Program-made: the position numbers and the translations under genes
Assembly: GCF_001194135.2 (NCBI RefSeq)
Contig: NC_068985.1
Coordinates: 97,461,973 to 97,525,972 of the forward strand
Direction: 5' to 3'
Origin: Octopus bimaculoides
Taxonomy: Eukaryota
DNA: 64,000 nucleotides
The notes under the pieces: generated by a model
The model's input: the letters and a program-made list of their open reading frames with translations, nothing else
What the model was told of the DNA's origin: nothing
Databases searched by the model: none
Part shown: positions 24,770 to 38,884 of the stretch, piece by piece
Numbering within the stretch: position 1 is the first letter of the stretch
Layout: each line of letters begins with the position of its first letter

Positions 24770-25530
24770 AAGGGTGTGTCGAGAAGTTCTTGGCTTTGGG
24801 TAAAAGAAAATATAGGATGAAAAGGCAGACTGTATGACGCATGCATACGAACAGCCATGCTACATGGCAGTGAAACATGGGCTGTAACTGCTGAGGACAT
24901 ACGTAAGCTCGCAAGGAATGAAGCCAGTATGCTCCGTTGGATGTGAAATGTCAATGTGAATACCCGTCAGAGTGTAAGTATCTTGAGAGAAAAGCTGAAC
25001 ATTAGAAGCATCAGTTGTGGTGTGCAAGAGAGACGATTGCGGTGGTATGGACATGTGGTGAGAATGGATGAGGATAGCTGCGTGAAAAAGTGCCACACCC
25101 TAACAGTTGAGGGAACCCGTGGNNNNNNNNNNNNNNNNNNNNNNNNNNNNNNNNNNNNNNNNNNNNNNNNNNNNNNNNNNNNNNNNNNNNNNNNNNNNNN
25201 NNNNNNNNNNNNNNNNCTTTGGAAATGTGCTGTGCGTGAGAAGACCCGGCAAGCCAAGTAAGATCGTTGCCAGTGCCCCTGGACTGGCTTGAGCGGGTGG
25301 CACATAAAAGACACCATTTCGGGCGTGGCCGTTTTCGTGCGGGTGACACGTAAAAGCACCCACTACACTCTCTGAGTGGTTGGCGTTAGGAAGGGCATCC
25401 AGCTGTAGAAACTCTGCCAAATTAGATTGGAGCCTGGTGTTGCCATCCGGTTTCACCAGTCCTCAGTCAAATCGTCCAACCCATGCTAGCATGGAAAGCA
25501 GACGTTAAACGATGATGATGATGATGATTT
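24770..25530 (+). mobile_element. RTE-clade LINE 3' fragment
   Basis: [38 protein letters not shown]; 3' UTR; (GAT)n tail. Confidence 0.85.
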
Positions 25531-25749
25531 TATTCAACATATTCCCCTCTCAGATTCAAACACTTATTGCAGCAGTCTTTCGGGTTTTCTAAGCACTGTA
25601 AAAAGAACTCAAAAAGTAGGGCCCTCAGCCAGGCCTTTTGTGATACCCTTATAGCCAGAAACTTCTCAGCACTCCCTTGTAGTACAACAACTAATAAATA
25701 AGATGAAGATTCATATAAAACTTTGTTAGGTTTAATAATGGTTAGGAAG

Positions 25750-28150
25750 ATATAGCATCACGTGATGTGGAGGACAACTGGAAGTTCCTACAAGACAACC
25801 TGTTGAGGGGGTACTGACTAGATCTGTGGCTGGTGCAAAGTCCCTTCTCGACCTAAGGTAATGTAGAGGTGGGACAATGTAGTTGACAGGACCATTAGGG
25901 GAAAGAAACAGGCATGGAAGGACTGGATGAGTGGTGGGAGCAGGGAACTGTATCAGATTGCCAGAAGGGAAGCTAAGAGACAGATTTACAGAGGGGAAGC
26001 AGATAAGAAAAATTTGCCAGTGTTCTGTATCATGAGGACCAGAGACTTGAACCGTTTTGTGTTGTAAGACAGTGTGTGAGAGAGAATCATGATGTCGTGG
26101 GAGAGAAATGTGTCCATATGGATGATGGCTCAATTGCACTTAATGATACTGCAAAGAGAGAGACTTGGAGATGCTACTATGAAAGGTTGCTAAATGAAGA
26201 GAATGAATGGGAGGAGGAGAGTCTGCCAAATGTTGACCCAAGTGAGGGACCAGCTACCTGAATCGACAGTACCTTGGTAGATAAAGCAATTAAGGGTATG
26301 AAGACAGGGAAAGCCCCTGGCCCATCAAGAATCACCACTGAGATGCTTAAAATATCTGGTGATGTAGGCCATAGTCTAGTCTAGAGAGTTAGTTTAGATG
26401 AGCTGCAATTTGGGTTTGTGCCAGGGAGAAGCACCACTGATGCTATATTTCTGGTAAGACAGCTGCAGGAGAAATTCCTAGCCAATGATAAACCTCTGTA
26501 CTTGGCTTTTGTTGACACGGAGAAAGCCTTTGACAGGGTCCCCTGATCCATTATCTGGTGGTCAATGCGGAAACTAGGGATAGATGAGTGGTTGATAAGA
26601 GCTGTAGAAGCCATGTACAGGGATGCTGTCAGTAAGGTGAGGGTTAGCAATGAGTACAGTGAAGAATTCTGGGTAGAGGTAGGGGTCCACCAAGGATTAG
26701 GCCTCAGCCCCCTCTTTTTCATCATAGTCCTCCTGGCAATAACAAAGGAATTCAAGATGGGCTGCCCCTGGGAGCTCCTCTATGCTGATGACCTTACTCT
26801 AATAGCTGAGTCACTACCGGAACTAGAGAAGAAGTCTCAGGTGTGGAAGCAAGGTCTAGAATTGAAGGGCCTTAGAGTTAATCTAGCAAAAACCAGTCTT
26901 AGTAAGTAGGAAGGCAGACAAATCACAAATCCTTTCAGGTAGATGGCCCTGCCCAATCTATGGAAAAGGCATAGGTAGAAACTCCATAAGATGTACCTTG
27001 TGTAAGCTATGAACATGTAAGAGGTGCAGCAATATCAAAGGAAGGTTAACTAGGAAGATAGAAAATGTGCAGAAAACAACTTCCATCACATGCTAGTGGG
27101 ATAAACTAGAAGTAGTTGATAGCTTCCGTTACCTAGGTGAGCAAGTCAGTAGCAGGGGTGGATCCAATGAGAGCAAAGCTGCTAGAATACAGAATAGCCT
27201 GGGCAAAGTTCAGAGAGCTTGTATTTCTGCTGGTAACAAAGGGCCTCTTGCTAGTGAAAGGTAGAATGGATGATGCATATGTGCAAACAGCCATGCTACA
27301 CAGCAGTGAAATATGAGCTGCAACTGCTGAGGACATGTGTAGGCTCGAAAGAAATGAAGCTAGTATGCTCTGCTGGATGTGTAATGTCAGTGTGTATGCA
27401 CGACAGAGTGTAAGCACCCTGAGAGAAAAGTTGGACATAAAAAACATCAGATGTAATGTGCAAGAGATATGACTGCACTGGTATGGTCATGTGTTGCACA
27501 TGGATGAGGACAGCTGTGTGAAGAAGAGTCACACCCAAACAGTGGAGGGAACCTGCGGAAGAGGTAGACCCAGGAAGATATGGGAAAGGGTGGTGAAACA
27601 TGACCTTCGAATGTTGGACCTCAAAGAGGCAATGACAAGCGGCCGAGACCTTTGGAGATATGCTGTGCTTGAGAAGACCTGGCAAGCCAAGTGAGATCGT
27701 AGCCATGGCTGATGCCAGTGTTGCATAACTGGCCTGTTTAAAAGTACTCTTCAATCGCCAGGCATATGCTGTGCTTGTGAAGACCTGTTGAGTCAAGTGA
27801 AATCGTAGTCATGGCTAGTGCCAGTGCTGCCTGACTGGCAATATGTAAAAAGTACCGTTTGAGCATGACCAATGCCAGTGCTGGTGGCATGTAAAAAGCA
27901 CCATTCAAGTGTGGTTGATGCCAGTGCTGCCTGACTGGCTCCTGTGCTGGTGGCATGTAAAAAACACCATTTGAATGTGGTTGATGCCAATACTGCCTGA
28001 CAGGCCCCCATGCTGGTGGGACGTAAAAAGCACCACTACACTCTTGGAGTGGTTGGCATTAGGAAGGGCATCCAGCTGTAGAAACCTTGTCAGATCAGAA
28101 TGGAGCCTGGTGCAGCCTCTTGGCTTGCCAGTCCTCAGTCAAACTGTCTA
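25750..28150 (+). mobile_element. RTE-clade LINE with RT domain, degenerate
   Basis: LQFGFVPGRSTTDAIFLVRQLQEK, LAFVDTEKAFDRVP, VGVHQG..LSPL, LLYADDL; multiple stops and an internal deletion near 26380. Confidence 0.9.
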
Positions 28151-30676
28151 ACCCAACTATCGTGACATGTAAAGACAAGCAGACACACAAGTGATTGACT
28201 TCTTTCAGTTTCCATCTATCCAATCCATTGAAAAGACTTCAATTAGTCCAGGGTTATAGTAGAAGATGCTTGCTCAGGATTCTCACTGTGGGACTGAACA
28301 CAAAACCATATGAATGGAAAGCAGACTGCTTAACCACACAGCCATGTCTGCGTCTAAATGTAAAAATATACAAAAGATAGAACTAACTGGAAAAAAAAAT
28401 GTAATACGTATTAAGAGGTATTAATTAAAAAAATAATTAACTAAACAAAAGTTACGGGTTATGGTGTGGACTTTGTTTATTCTTCTTTGGCAAACATTGA
28501 AATTAGTTGGCATGGTAATTCAGATGAAATAGTCATATATAAACAAGTTGTGTTTTTTCTGTAATGTATTCGTAAAACGTGACTTTTATGATGGTTAAAT
28601 AGAATTAATGTATCCATACAGTTATGATAGACTTATGCAGCCATGTGATAAAACAAAGTTGTAGGTCAACTTTCTCTGCAGAGTAAATGACAACCGGTAT
28701 TCATAAACGTAGGGTATAACATATTGCTTCAGTTAATTTGTGATTATGACACACAACAGGCAGAATATATCAATTATGTTTCTAATGGTTACCTTAACAT
28801 TTTGGAATGGAGAATGATTTAGTTAAGAAACTTAGATAAGACAGATGAAGGATAACCCGGCGGTAGGGGAGATAACCCAATGAACGGCGAGCATTTAACG
28901 ATGACGCCACGTTTGCTATCTTCACTAAGGCATCACTGAAAGGGCTAGAGACATTTTGGCATTGCTGACTTATTTGATATTGGATGCTTCTCTTGTTCTC
29001 TTCCTGTTAATGTGTATGAGCATATTTGTCTTTATGAGTATGACGATAGGGAAAGCGGTTATATCAATTGTGTTCAATAATAAATTGTTATTTCTCTTTA
29101 CTACTCTCTATTTGTATGTGTATATTTTTACACGTGTGTATGTGTGTCTGTTTGCTTCCAGCAGCATAAAGTATTGTTGCCAAGTTACATCGAATGTCCA
29201 GTTAGCTGTGCCAAATAGTCTGCCTCCAAGCAGCTGCATTAAATCGTCTTATTTTGTCATTGAAACTACCAGCATTACATTTCCCCCCCTGTATCCCTTG
29301 AAAATAATGGTCTATTTTTTTTAAAGTAGTTTAGCTTGAATGAGTTATTTATTCCAACTTCCAAGTCATACAATTTCTTCTTTTTGAGTAATGAAATTAT
29401 TTATGAGATATTATTGAGCAGCAAATACCTCCTTTCATTTCATTTGCATTACAAAGAGGAAAAACATTTGAATGGATATCGGAAGTCAGGAGATATTCTT
29501 GATGTTTTTGTGTTTGCTGACTAGATGCTCCTCAACTGAGTCAAAAAAATGGTTTGATGTTAAATGGTTCTTTGGAAAACTATAACCATTTCATGTAGGT
29601 AAGACAGTAAAATGAAAATAATTATGATAAAGATGTTTCTTTTTATATAGACAGAAGGTTTGAAAGTAGAGAGAAAAGAATAGTCAATTATATTGAACCC
29701 AGTACTTCAGAGATACTGTGTTTCATAAAGCCTGGAAGGAAGAAAGGCAAAGTTGACCTTAGCAGGATTTCAACTCAGATAAATCTGATGCTAAAAATTC
29801 TGCCAATCCACTGCTCTAATGATGATAATAATAATAATAATAATGATGATGATGATAATCCACACAAGAACAGGTAAACAATATTACAGTCTGTTTTGTT
29901 ATTTCTGTTCTTTTTTACGCCTTATACTTAACAGGGGGACAGGTTTTAAACACACTTCTAAAAAAATTCCTAAATTCCATCAAAAATATTCTACTGCTTT
30001 ACAAAATACATCTTCATATCAAAGAATGCTCCATAGTTTTCAAAAGGGAAAATAATTAACAAAAAATAATAAAAATCTTTCAAATAAATAAATAAAAGAT
30101 GTCCAATTTAAATTCATAAGAGAAAAATAATCCCATCAAAAAATGTTACCTTACTGTATCAGATACATTTAACCAATATTAATAGGTAGGTATAATTCAG
30201 TATATTTAAATAGGTATTGAATGAGTGAGTGAGATGAAAAACTGTCTGCGGGGCATATGGAATGGACTAATTATGATAGCAGCAATAATAGATCTCAATC
30301 AATCAATCAATCTACAACAAAGAAATTCAGTGGATTGGGGTGACTGACTGAAGTGCAATTTGGCTGTTTCTGCAGAGAATTAAAGGAAAAAAGTTGACAG
30401 AACAATCTGGAAACATTTTTACCGTAGCCAGGAAGGTTCTTTTTCCGTTGCTAACCAGTTACTCCACATTTCAGAGATGAGATAAAACACTTCCAGGATG
30501 TTGATTTTTTTTGTTTTTGTTTTGTTTTAGCCAGTTCAGTTGCACCGAATGACTTGACAAGGATATGGCATTGCAGAGGTTGGGGGGGGGGGGGTTAATC
30601 TTTTTTTTTGTAGCAAAAAATTTTTTAACTGCCAAGATGCACACAGACATGCACTAACATGCACACAACATACACA

Positions 30677-31205
30677 CTAAGACAAACAGTAACTGTCCTC
30701 GCTGTCAGATGAAGAATAATCACGTTGGAACTTTTGCCGTTTGGGTCCATCATTTTCAGCCCCCGAGTCTGTGTTGTCAGAAGACATGTGACGTGTCTGT
30801 TTGTGCTCACGTAATGATGTAGAGTCCCTAGCACCTGAACTGTGTCGATTGCGTCTGTGATGTCCCATTAGGGATGACTGTATTTGTTGCTGATGTTGTT
30901 GTGGTGGTAGTGACTGCTGTTGCTGTTGCTGCTGGCTACCAGAGATGATGGGCAGTCGAGGTTTTATATCAATTTCGGTATCGTACAATCTCTCAGACTT
31001 ATGTCTCCGGTGACGTCTTTCTTTGTGCATTTTCCGCCGGATGTACCGAACTGTTTCCGATCCTGTTGAAGAATCCCGTGACCTGCGATGCTTTCTGTGT
31101 TTGCTGCATCCAGTGCTCTTGCGACGCTTGCGACGGGGCTCGCAATCACTATCACTGTCATCAGATCTTGACCGATAATGATGCCTCCTCTTCTTCTCTT
31201 TACGT
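30677..31205 (-). CDS. NKAPD1: NKAPD1 terminal coding exon (R/K/S/H-rich with polyQ tract)
   Basis: tggtag|A, phase 2; ORF 30677..31219. Confidence 0.88.
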
Positions 31206-31446
31206 CTACCAAAATACACAAGAGCATAACATTAGGGGTAATAGAAATAAACAACATGGGATAATTATCAACTAATATACCAGTAACCAAACAGACATAT
31301 TGTTTACTTAGGTCAACAGCAACCATGACATTATAAACAAATTAAAAACAACAACAGCTGATATCAATTACATTTTTGTTCAAACTGAAGTGAAAATGGG
31401 TGACAAAAATTAAATACCTACAGAAATGTAAAAGTGTGTGTGTGTA

Positions 31447-31497
<51 letters not shown>

Positions 31498-34400
31498 CCT
31501 AGGTTTGACTAATGCCTTGGAAGTAAAATCTGGCAGACAGAAACTGTATGGAAGCTCATCACATATGTGGGTGGATGTGCATGTGCATTTGTTGTCTGCA
31601 TTAACACTGCTTGGACAATTGTGACATTTCTTTATGTCTAGTGGCTTGAAATTCATTGCAAGTATCATCATCATCATTGTTGTTTAACGTCCGCTTTCCA
31701 TGCTAGCATGGGTTGGACGATTTGACTGAGGACTGGTGAACCAGATGGCTACACCAGGCTCCAATCTGATTTGGCAGAGTTTCTACAGCTGGATGCCCTT
31801 CCTAACGCCAACCACTCCGAGAGTGTAGCACCCAATACCTTCTGTAAAGTGGTCAGCGTTAGGTAGGGGAAACCAAACCAAAACAGACTATGGAACCTGG
31901 TGTGGCCCCTGGCTTTACCAGTTTCTTATTTCTTTATTGACCACAGGGGGCTAAACATAGAGAGGACAAACAAAGAGAAAAGGATGAAGTTGATTACATC
32001 GACCCCAGTGTGTAACTGGTACTTCACCCGAAAGGATGAAAGGTAAAGTCGACCTCGACGGAATTTGATCTCAGAACGTAACGGCAGACGAAATACCACT
32101 AAGCATTTCGCCCGGTGTACTAACGTTTCTGCCAATTCGCCGCTTTTTGACTTTACCAGTCACTGTCAAGCCATCCAACTATGCCAGCGTGGAAAATAGA
32201 TTTTAAATGTTGATGATGATGATTATTAACCCTATCACACCATGCCTCCAGTATAGCGGGGAAAGCATAATTGTAATTGCTACTGGAATCCCGTTAAAAT
32301 GGTAATGAACAAAGCATGTAGAAAAAGAAAATAAAACACCAAAATTAGACAAGTGATCACATTGCAACTTTGTAATCGAGATGTTAATGACCCATTATTA
32401 AAGATGTCTCGCACAGCAGTTGTTTACTTTTATTTCTAATTGAAAACAAAAACAATGGAATTTTGCTATGAAGGGAACATGTGATGAACCCAGCACTTCG
32501 TCTGGTAAACAAATAAGGCCCAGACTATTTACAGTTGAGGAAATTATCAATATTTATTCTTCAGATGAAGAGTTTACTCTTGTCACAATGAGAGTCATCA
32601 CCATCGTTTAACGTCCGTTTTCCATGCTGGCATGGGTTGGACAGATTGACTGAGGTCTGGAAAGCCAGCAGTTGCACCAGGTTCCAATCTGATCTGGCAA
32701 GGTTTCTACAGCTGGATGCCCTTCCTAACACCAACCATTCCGAGAGTGTAGTGGGTGTTTTTTATGCGCAACTGGCATGGGAGCCATCAGGCGGGCATGG
32801 CATCAATCACGTTTGGGTGGTGCTTTTTATGTGCCACTGGCACAAGAGCCAGTCAGGGGTTACTGGCATCGGCCACGATTGGTTGAGTTGTGCCACTGGC
32901 CACAGCTATGATATTGGTTTTACTTGACTCAACAAGTGTTCTCAAGCATGGGCTTCCACAAAGTTTCCATCAACCAAATTCAATCATAAGGCATTACTCA
33001 GCCTGAAGTTATAGTAGAAGACATTTGCCAAGGTGCTGTGCAGTGGGATTGAACCTGAACCCATGTGGTCGCAAAGTGAGCTTCATAACCACATGGGGAA
33101 ACATTTTTTTCCAGTTCTACAAAATCTGAAAATCTTCATAACAAACCTTTTTCTTGTTCTTCTTTTGTGACGGCGGTGATGTGGACCATTCTCTTCATCT
33201 TCAGATCGATCACTGCGAAATTCCTCTGGATACAGTTCCTTATAACCGCTGTGACCCCACCTGTGAAATGGTCGACAAGAAATTTTAAGAAAACTTTACA
33301 CAAGCATAAACTCCATTAAATACCACATGACAGGACACAATGGCTGTAGGCATTAAATGGAGCAGATAACATTTGAGACTTCATTCAACTACAAGGTCCC
33401 CATGGCTGTCCAGTTGCCACAGTGATTTACGCAGCTGGCATAAAGCCATCTCCCTCTCTACTATATCTCCCTCAGTTGAAGGGGGCCTTTTCTTTCTCTT
33501 GCAAGTTACGGGGGGCGGGCTCACTGGAGCCAATGCCACAAAAAAAAAAAAACAAAAACAAAAAAAGTAGTTCTAGGCACATAAGAAAGTTGTTTGCCTA
33601 GAACTTTCTGTCCAGTGCATCATTTTCCTTCCAAACTTGGAGGATATGATATGAGGGGGTATTTGGCTACTATTACTAGCAGGTCACATGACCATGTAGA
33701 AGCTCCTTCATTGCTTTGTTAGCTTGACACTGTTATATTCAGGAATAGGAAAGACACACTATAATAGCAAGCAAGCTGGCCTCCGCTGGATTTGAATTCA
33801 GAATGCAGGAAGTTGGAATAAACACCATGAAACATTCTATACACTCTAATGATTCTGCCAATTAGCGGTTCTTTTTAGGTGGGGTAGCTATTCCCACACA
33901 TCTTCTAATTACAGTTAGTGATTAGTAGGTGTGTCGGTTCATCAATTAAATTCTACTATAACTACAGCTAGTGTGTTGTGCCTTGTGAAAGGCGACAATG
34001 AAACTTGTCTGTCTACCTGTCATAAAACAGTGCCTACAGACAACTCAATCATAAAAACTCCCTCCTTCAGGGCTGAGTGGTTGGCAGTATGGAAGGGTCT
34101 CATCTCTGCATCATTGTTTAAATGTCTGCTTTCCACGCTGGCATGGGTTGGATGGTTTGACTGAGGACTGGCAAGCCAGGAGGCTGCACTAGGCTCCAGC
34201 CTGGTCTGGCAGGATTTCTACAGCTGGATGCCCTTCCTAACACCAACAACTCTGAGAGTGTAGTGGGTGCTTTTTATGTGGCACCAGCATAGGGGTCAGT
34301 CAGGGCCTCATCCAATTGTTGAAAAATACCATCTTCAAAGAACCACTCCATCCATGGCAGTATAGACAAATGAATGTTCAAAACTTAACTACAGCTTTAA

Positions 34401-34514
34401 TCAATGTGGTGTTGAACCTCTGAAGAAGACACACACTAGTTCAATTAAGAGTTGAGGGGTTAGCTATATGAAAGGTATCTTGTTGTAAAAATGATGTCCC
34501 CAATAACAGCCATA

Positions 34515-34567
<53 letters not shown>

Positions 34568-37500
34568 CAAGTGAACTTAGACAGAGCTGATGAAGGAGTT
34601 TATATGTGGTCACTTATCTTGCTAGAAACAGCAGTTGAATCTCCTCAAACTGCATCTGAAGCAGTGTACATCCGAAATAGCGCACTTTCTCATCAATTCA
34701 GTGAATGAGGGCTCAGGAAGACATAGCTGAACAGTGTTCTTAGATCAGTGTGGAAAACGACCATCACCTGAGGATCAAAACTGAAGACTTCTAGCAGCTT
34801 CCTCTACCTGTCTCTGTCACCTCAGTTCCTATTGCCAGTGGGTTTATGAAGAAAGTGTTATAGTGTTAGTGACTTGGTTTGTTGAACAACCAGTACAATG
34901 AATATTGTTATAGAGGGCATGATGGCGTTGAGCTGGCAGAAGTGTTAGCATGTTGTGCGAAATGCTTAGCGGTATTTTGTCTGCCATTATGTTCTGAGTT
35001 CAAATTTTGCCAAGGTTGACTTTGCCTTTTATCCTTTCAGGGTTGATTAAATAAGTATCAGTCACGTACTGGGGTTGATGTAATCGACTTAATCCCTTCC
35101 CCAAATCTGAGGCCTTGTGCATCCAGTAGAAAGGATTATTATAGGGGGTATGAGGGTAGTGAGCTGACAGAATCGTTAGCATGTTGGGTGAAATGCTTAG
35201 CGGTATTTTGCCTAACTCTACATTCTGAGTTCAAATTCTACCTAGGTCGACTTTGCTTTTATCTTTCAGGGTCGATGAAATAAGTACCAGTTATACACTG
35301 GAAAAGGGGTCACTGTAATTGACTGACTAGCCCCCTTCTCAAAAAAATTTTCAAGGCCTTGTACCTAGAGTAGAAATAATTATTATGGGGGTTATGGTTT
35401 GTGTACAGCCAGTTCTTCTCACTTGTCCTTCAAATTTAGAGAAGTTAGCAGCAACAAGTGCTACGAGCCTAGTTATCAAGATGCAGGATTTGCAAAGAAA
35501 TATCTTCTCTTCAATGAGAGGCTGAAGAGCTGAAATACATGGAGAAAATGATGTAAAGCCTCACCTGCCAGGATCATTCTCTTCAGCCCGTTGTAGCTGC
35601 CGAGTATAATATGTACTACGAGTGGTAGATGATGGAATTGGCTCGTCATCCATATGAGCACGATACCTCCGATATGATATGCTGTCATCTCTCACACGGT
35701 TATCATAGAGAAAGGACTTGCGGGTGTCCTCAAAGAACACATCAGTAGACTTCTTATCTTTGTCTTCTTTATCCTTATCCTTCTCTCCACCTCTGTCTTT
35801 TTCTCTGTCTTTCTTGGACAGTTGTGATCTTTTCTCCTTCTGTCGCCACATTTCAGCCTCCTCCACAATCTGAACAGAATTTCACACAAAAAAAAAAAAC
35901 AAAAAAACATCCCATTTAGTATAAATAATGCATAAGTTATGTACATACAATTGATAGCATTTGTGAAAAACTAAATGTAAATGACTTTGTAAACACTAGG
36001 AGTGGTGTCCTGATGTCAAGCTTTCAAGTACAGAAACTTATTTCACACTTTTAAGTTTGCACAGAATATCTCAGCATCTCGTTGCCAGTGACCCTGGACT
36101 GGCTCCTGTATGGGTGGCACATAAAATATACCATTCCGAGCGTGGCCGTTGCCAGTACCGCCTGACTGGCCTTCGTAGGATTTTCGAGCGAGATCGTTGC
36201 CAGTGCCCCTGGACTGGCTCTTGTGCGGGTGGCACATAAAATACACCACTTTGAGCGTGGCTGTTGTCAGTACCGTCTGACTGGCCTTCGTGCAGGTGAC
36301 ACGTAAAAAGCACCCACTACACTCTCTGAGTGGTTGGCGTTAGGAAGGGCATCCAGCTGTAGAAACTCTGCCAAATCAGACTGGAGGCTGGTGTTGCCAT
36401 CCGGTTTCACCAGTCCTCAGTCAAATCGTCCAACCCATGCTAGCATGGAAAGTGGACGTTAAACGATGATGATGCTGATGATGGATTTTAATCCTGTTGA
36501 TATCAACCTAGTTGAGATCTGTCTGTGGTTCTCTGGCACAGCATTCCTCATCATATTATATAGTGTTCATATAAAAATTAAAACCTTCCATTATGATTTA
36601 ATGTAAGAAACCTCTTCTGCTCCAAACTCTAGCTTTTTAATAATAAAAAAAAAAGAAAAGAAAAAAAATTGAAACACAAAGAATAGGCTGAGTGTTTGTA
36701 TAGTTGTGTAACACTTCACAACCACGATTCTACCACATGATTGAAATAGTATAAATGCAGGAATGGCTGTGTGGTTAAGAAATTTGTTTTGGAGCCACAT
36801 TTTTAGAGGTTTGGTCCTGTTGTATGAACGTTGCTGGCTGGCATTTTATATGTACAATTGTGGATCAACTAATATTTTGTGAAAGAAACTGGTAGACAAA
36901 GAAATGAAGGTGATTGTCACACACACACACACACACTTATATATATCACTTTTATTGAGGCAGATTTTCCTACAGCTGGACGCCTTTCCTGTCACCAACC
37001 CACACTTGTTCTCAAGGTAATATTTCTCCATGGCTATAGTAGAAGTCACTCACTCAAGGTGCCATGCAGTGGAATTGAAGCCAAGACCACATGGGAAGTA
37101 AGCATTTTTACCATCTGGCCATGTCTGTGCCTATATACATACATACATACATACATACATATACACACATATATATATATATATATTATAGTTCTGGGTT
37201 CAGTCTCACTGTGTGGAACCTTGGGCAAGTGCCTTCTACTATAGCCACAGGCCGACCAAAGCCTTGTGAATGGATTTGGTAGACGGAAACCGAAAGAATC
37301 CTGTTGTATATATATATTTATGTGTGTATTTGTGTTTGTCCCCTGGCCATCGCTTGACACTTGAAGCTGGTATGTTTATGTCCTTGTAACTTAACGGTTT
37401 GGCAAAAGGGACCGATAGAATAAGTACTAGGCTTACAAAGAATAAGTCCTGGGGTGTCAATTTCTTTGACTAAGAAAACCCTTTAAGGCGGTGCTCCAGC

Positions 37501-38840
37501 ATGGCTGCAATCAAATGACTGAAACAAGTAAAAGAATAAATATGTGTGTGTATGGTGTCCCAGCATGGCTGTAGCCCAATGGCAAAAACAAGTAAAAGAC
37601 AAAAAGAGAATATACATGGAGTGACGTGTACGTATATTAGTGAGTTTGTGCAAAGGAGATTGTATTTCCACTTAGGCAGTGAACCACAAAGGTATGTGTG
37701 GGCTTCATGATGTATTCTAACATGTTATGTGATCTATGTAACAAAAGGCTCATTCAAAAACGTGTCATTTGCATCCAGTTCACAGCTTAACTGTATCTAG
37801 GACGCTTGTTGTTCAACAGATATGGGGATTATTACCATATTTGGAAAGGAAAGCCAGCTATAGAAAATCTGCCTCATCATCCAGTGTTTTAAATCCGGGT
37901 TTTGGCCCTGTTGACAGGGGTGGCTGGATCTACCTCAAATCATGAGGCTTTTTCGGAGCAGGATTTTCTACGGGGAACATGCCCTTGCTTAACCCCAACC
38001 TTGGTTTCTAGACATGAGTGGTCTCGAGACCAAGGCCTCTACCACGATTTTTAAGAAATGTGGTGGAAAACTAGCTCAAGAAAGCAGGGACGCTAGTCCC
38101 TGAAACCCCTTTCCAAAATGTTCTGAGAGTACTTCACTCAGTAAAATTCATAAGCATGAAAAGCTATACAGAAAATTATGAAAAGGAAGTTATAGTCATA
38201 TTCTGAGTACAACATATTTGAAGGAAAAACTACTCCTCATATATTCATACCCAGACATACAGATTATCTCTGATTCCATTGAGGTTATGTTAAATCTCTG
38301 TTATACATGTTTCTGTAGAATCAGTGTACAATTTATATGTGAATTGAAGCACTCTGTTATTGTTTACGATCCTCATGAAAAGCTTTACTGTAAACACAGA
38401 TAAATGCCAGCATTTTGGAATACAGGAAAGTACCTTCTCTGCTCATCTCATGTTCTCTCTTTTCCCTCCAACAACCAGTTTTCTCTGTCTGGAACTTCCC
38501 TACATACACACCTTGTCTCTGATGACAGAATACCTAGTGTATGGAGATACTGACCCTGTAACCTGGGACATCCCAGAAACAGCTGTAAGACGTTAACTAC
38601 TTCTAATTCTCCTTTTTTGATTCACCTTACTCTTATTAAATATTCTAAATGACCTGAGATACTCGTCCATCTTTGGTCTTGTTGTCCATTTTCCTTTCAC
38701 CATCATCATTGTTTAACGTCCGCTTTCCATGCTAGCATGGGTTGGACAATTTGACTGAGGACTGCTGAACCAGATGGTTACACCAGGCTCTAATCTGATT
38801 TGGCAGAGTTTCTACAGCTGGATGCCCTTCCTAACGCCAA

Positions 38841-38884
<44 letters not shown>

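Noticed and set aside
30964-31326. 120-aa minus-strand ORF and 69-aa plus-strand ORF overlapping the NKAPD1 last exon
   Set aside because: Off-frame or antisense shadows of the real exon
35692-35946. 84-aa ORF overlapping NKAPD1 exon 2
   Set aside because: Alternative frame; splice phase and homology support the IVEEAEMW frame
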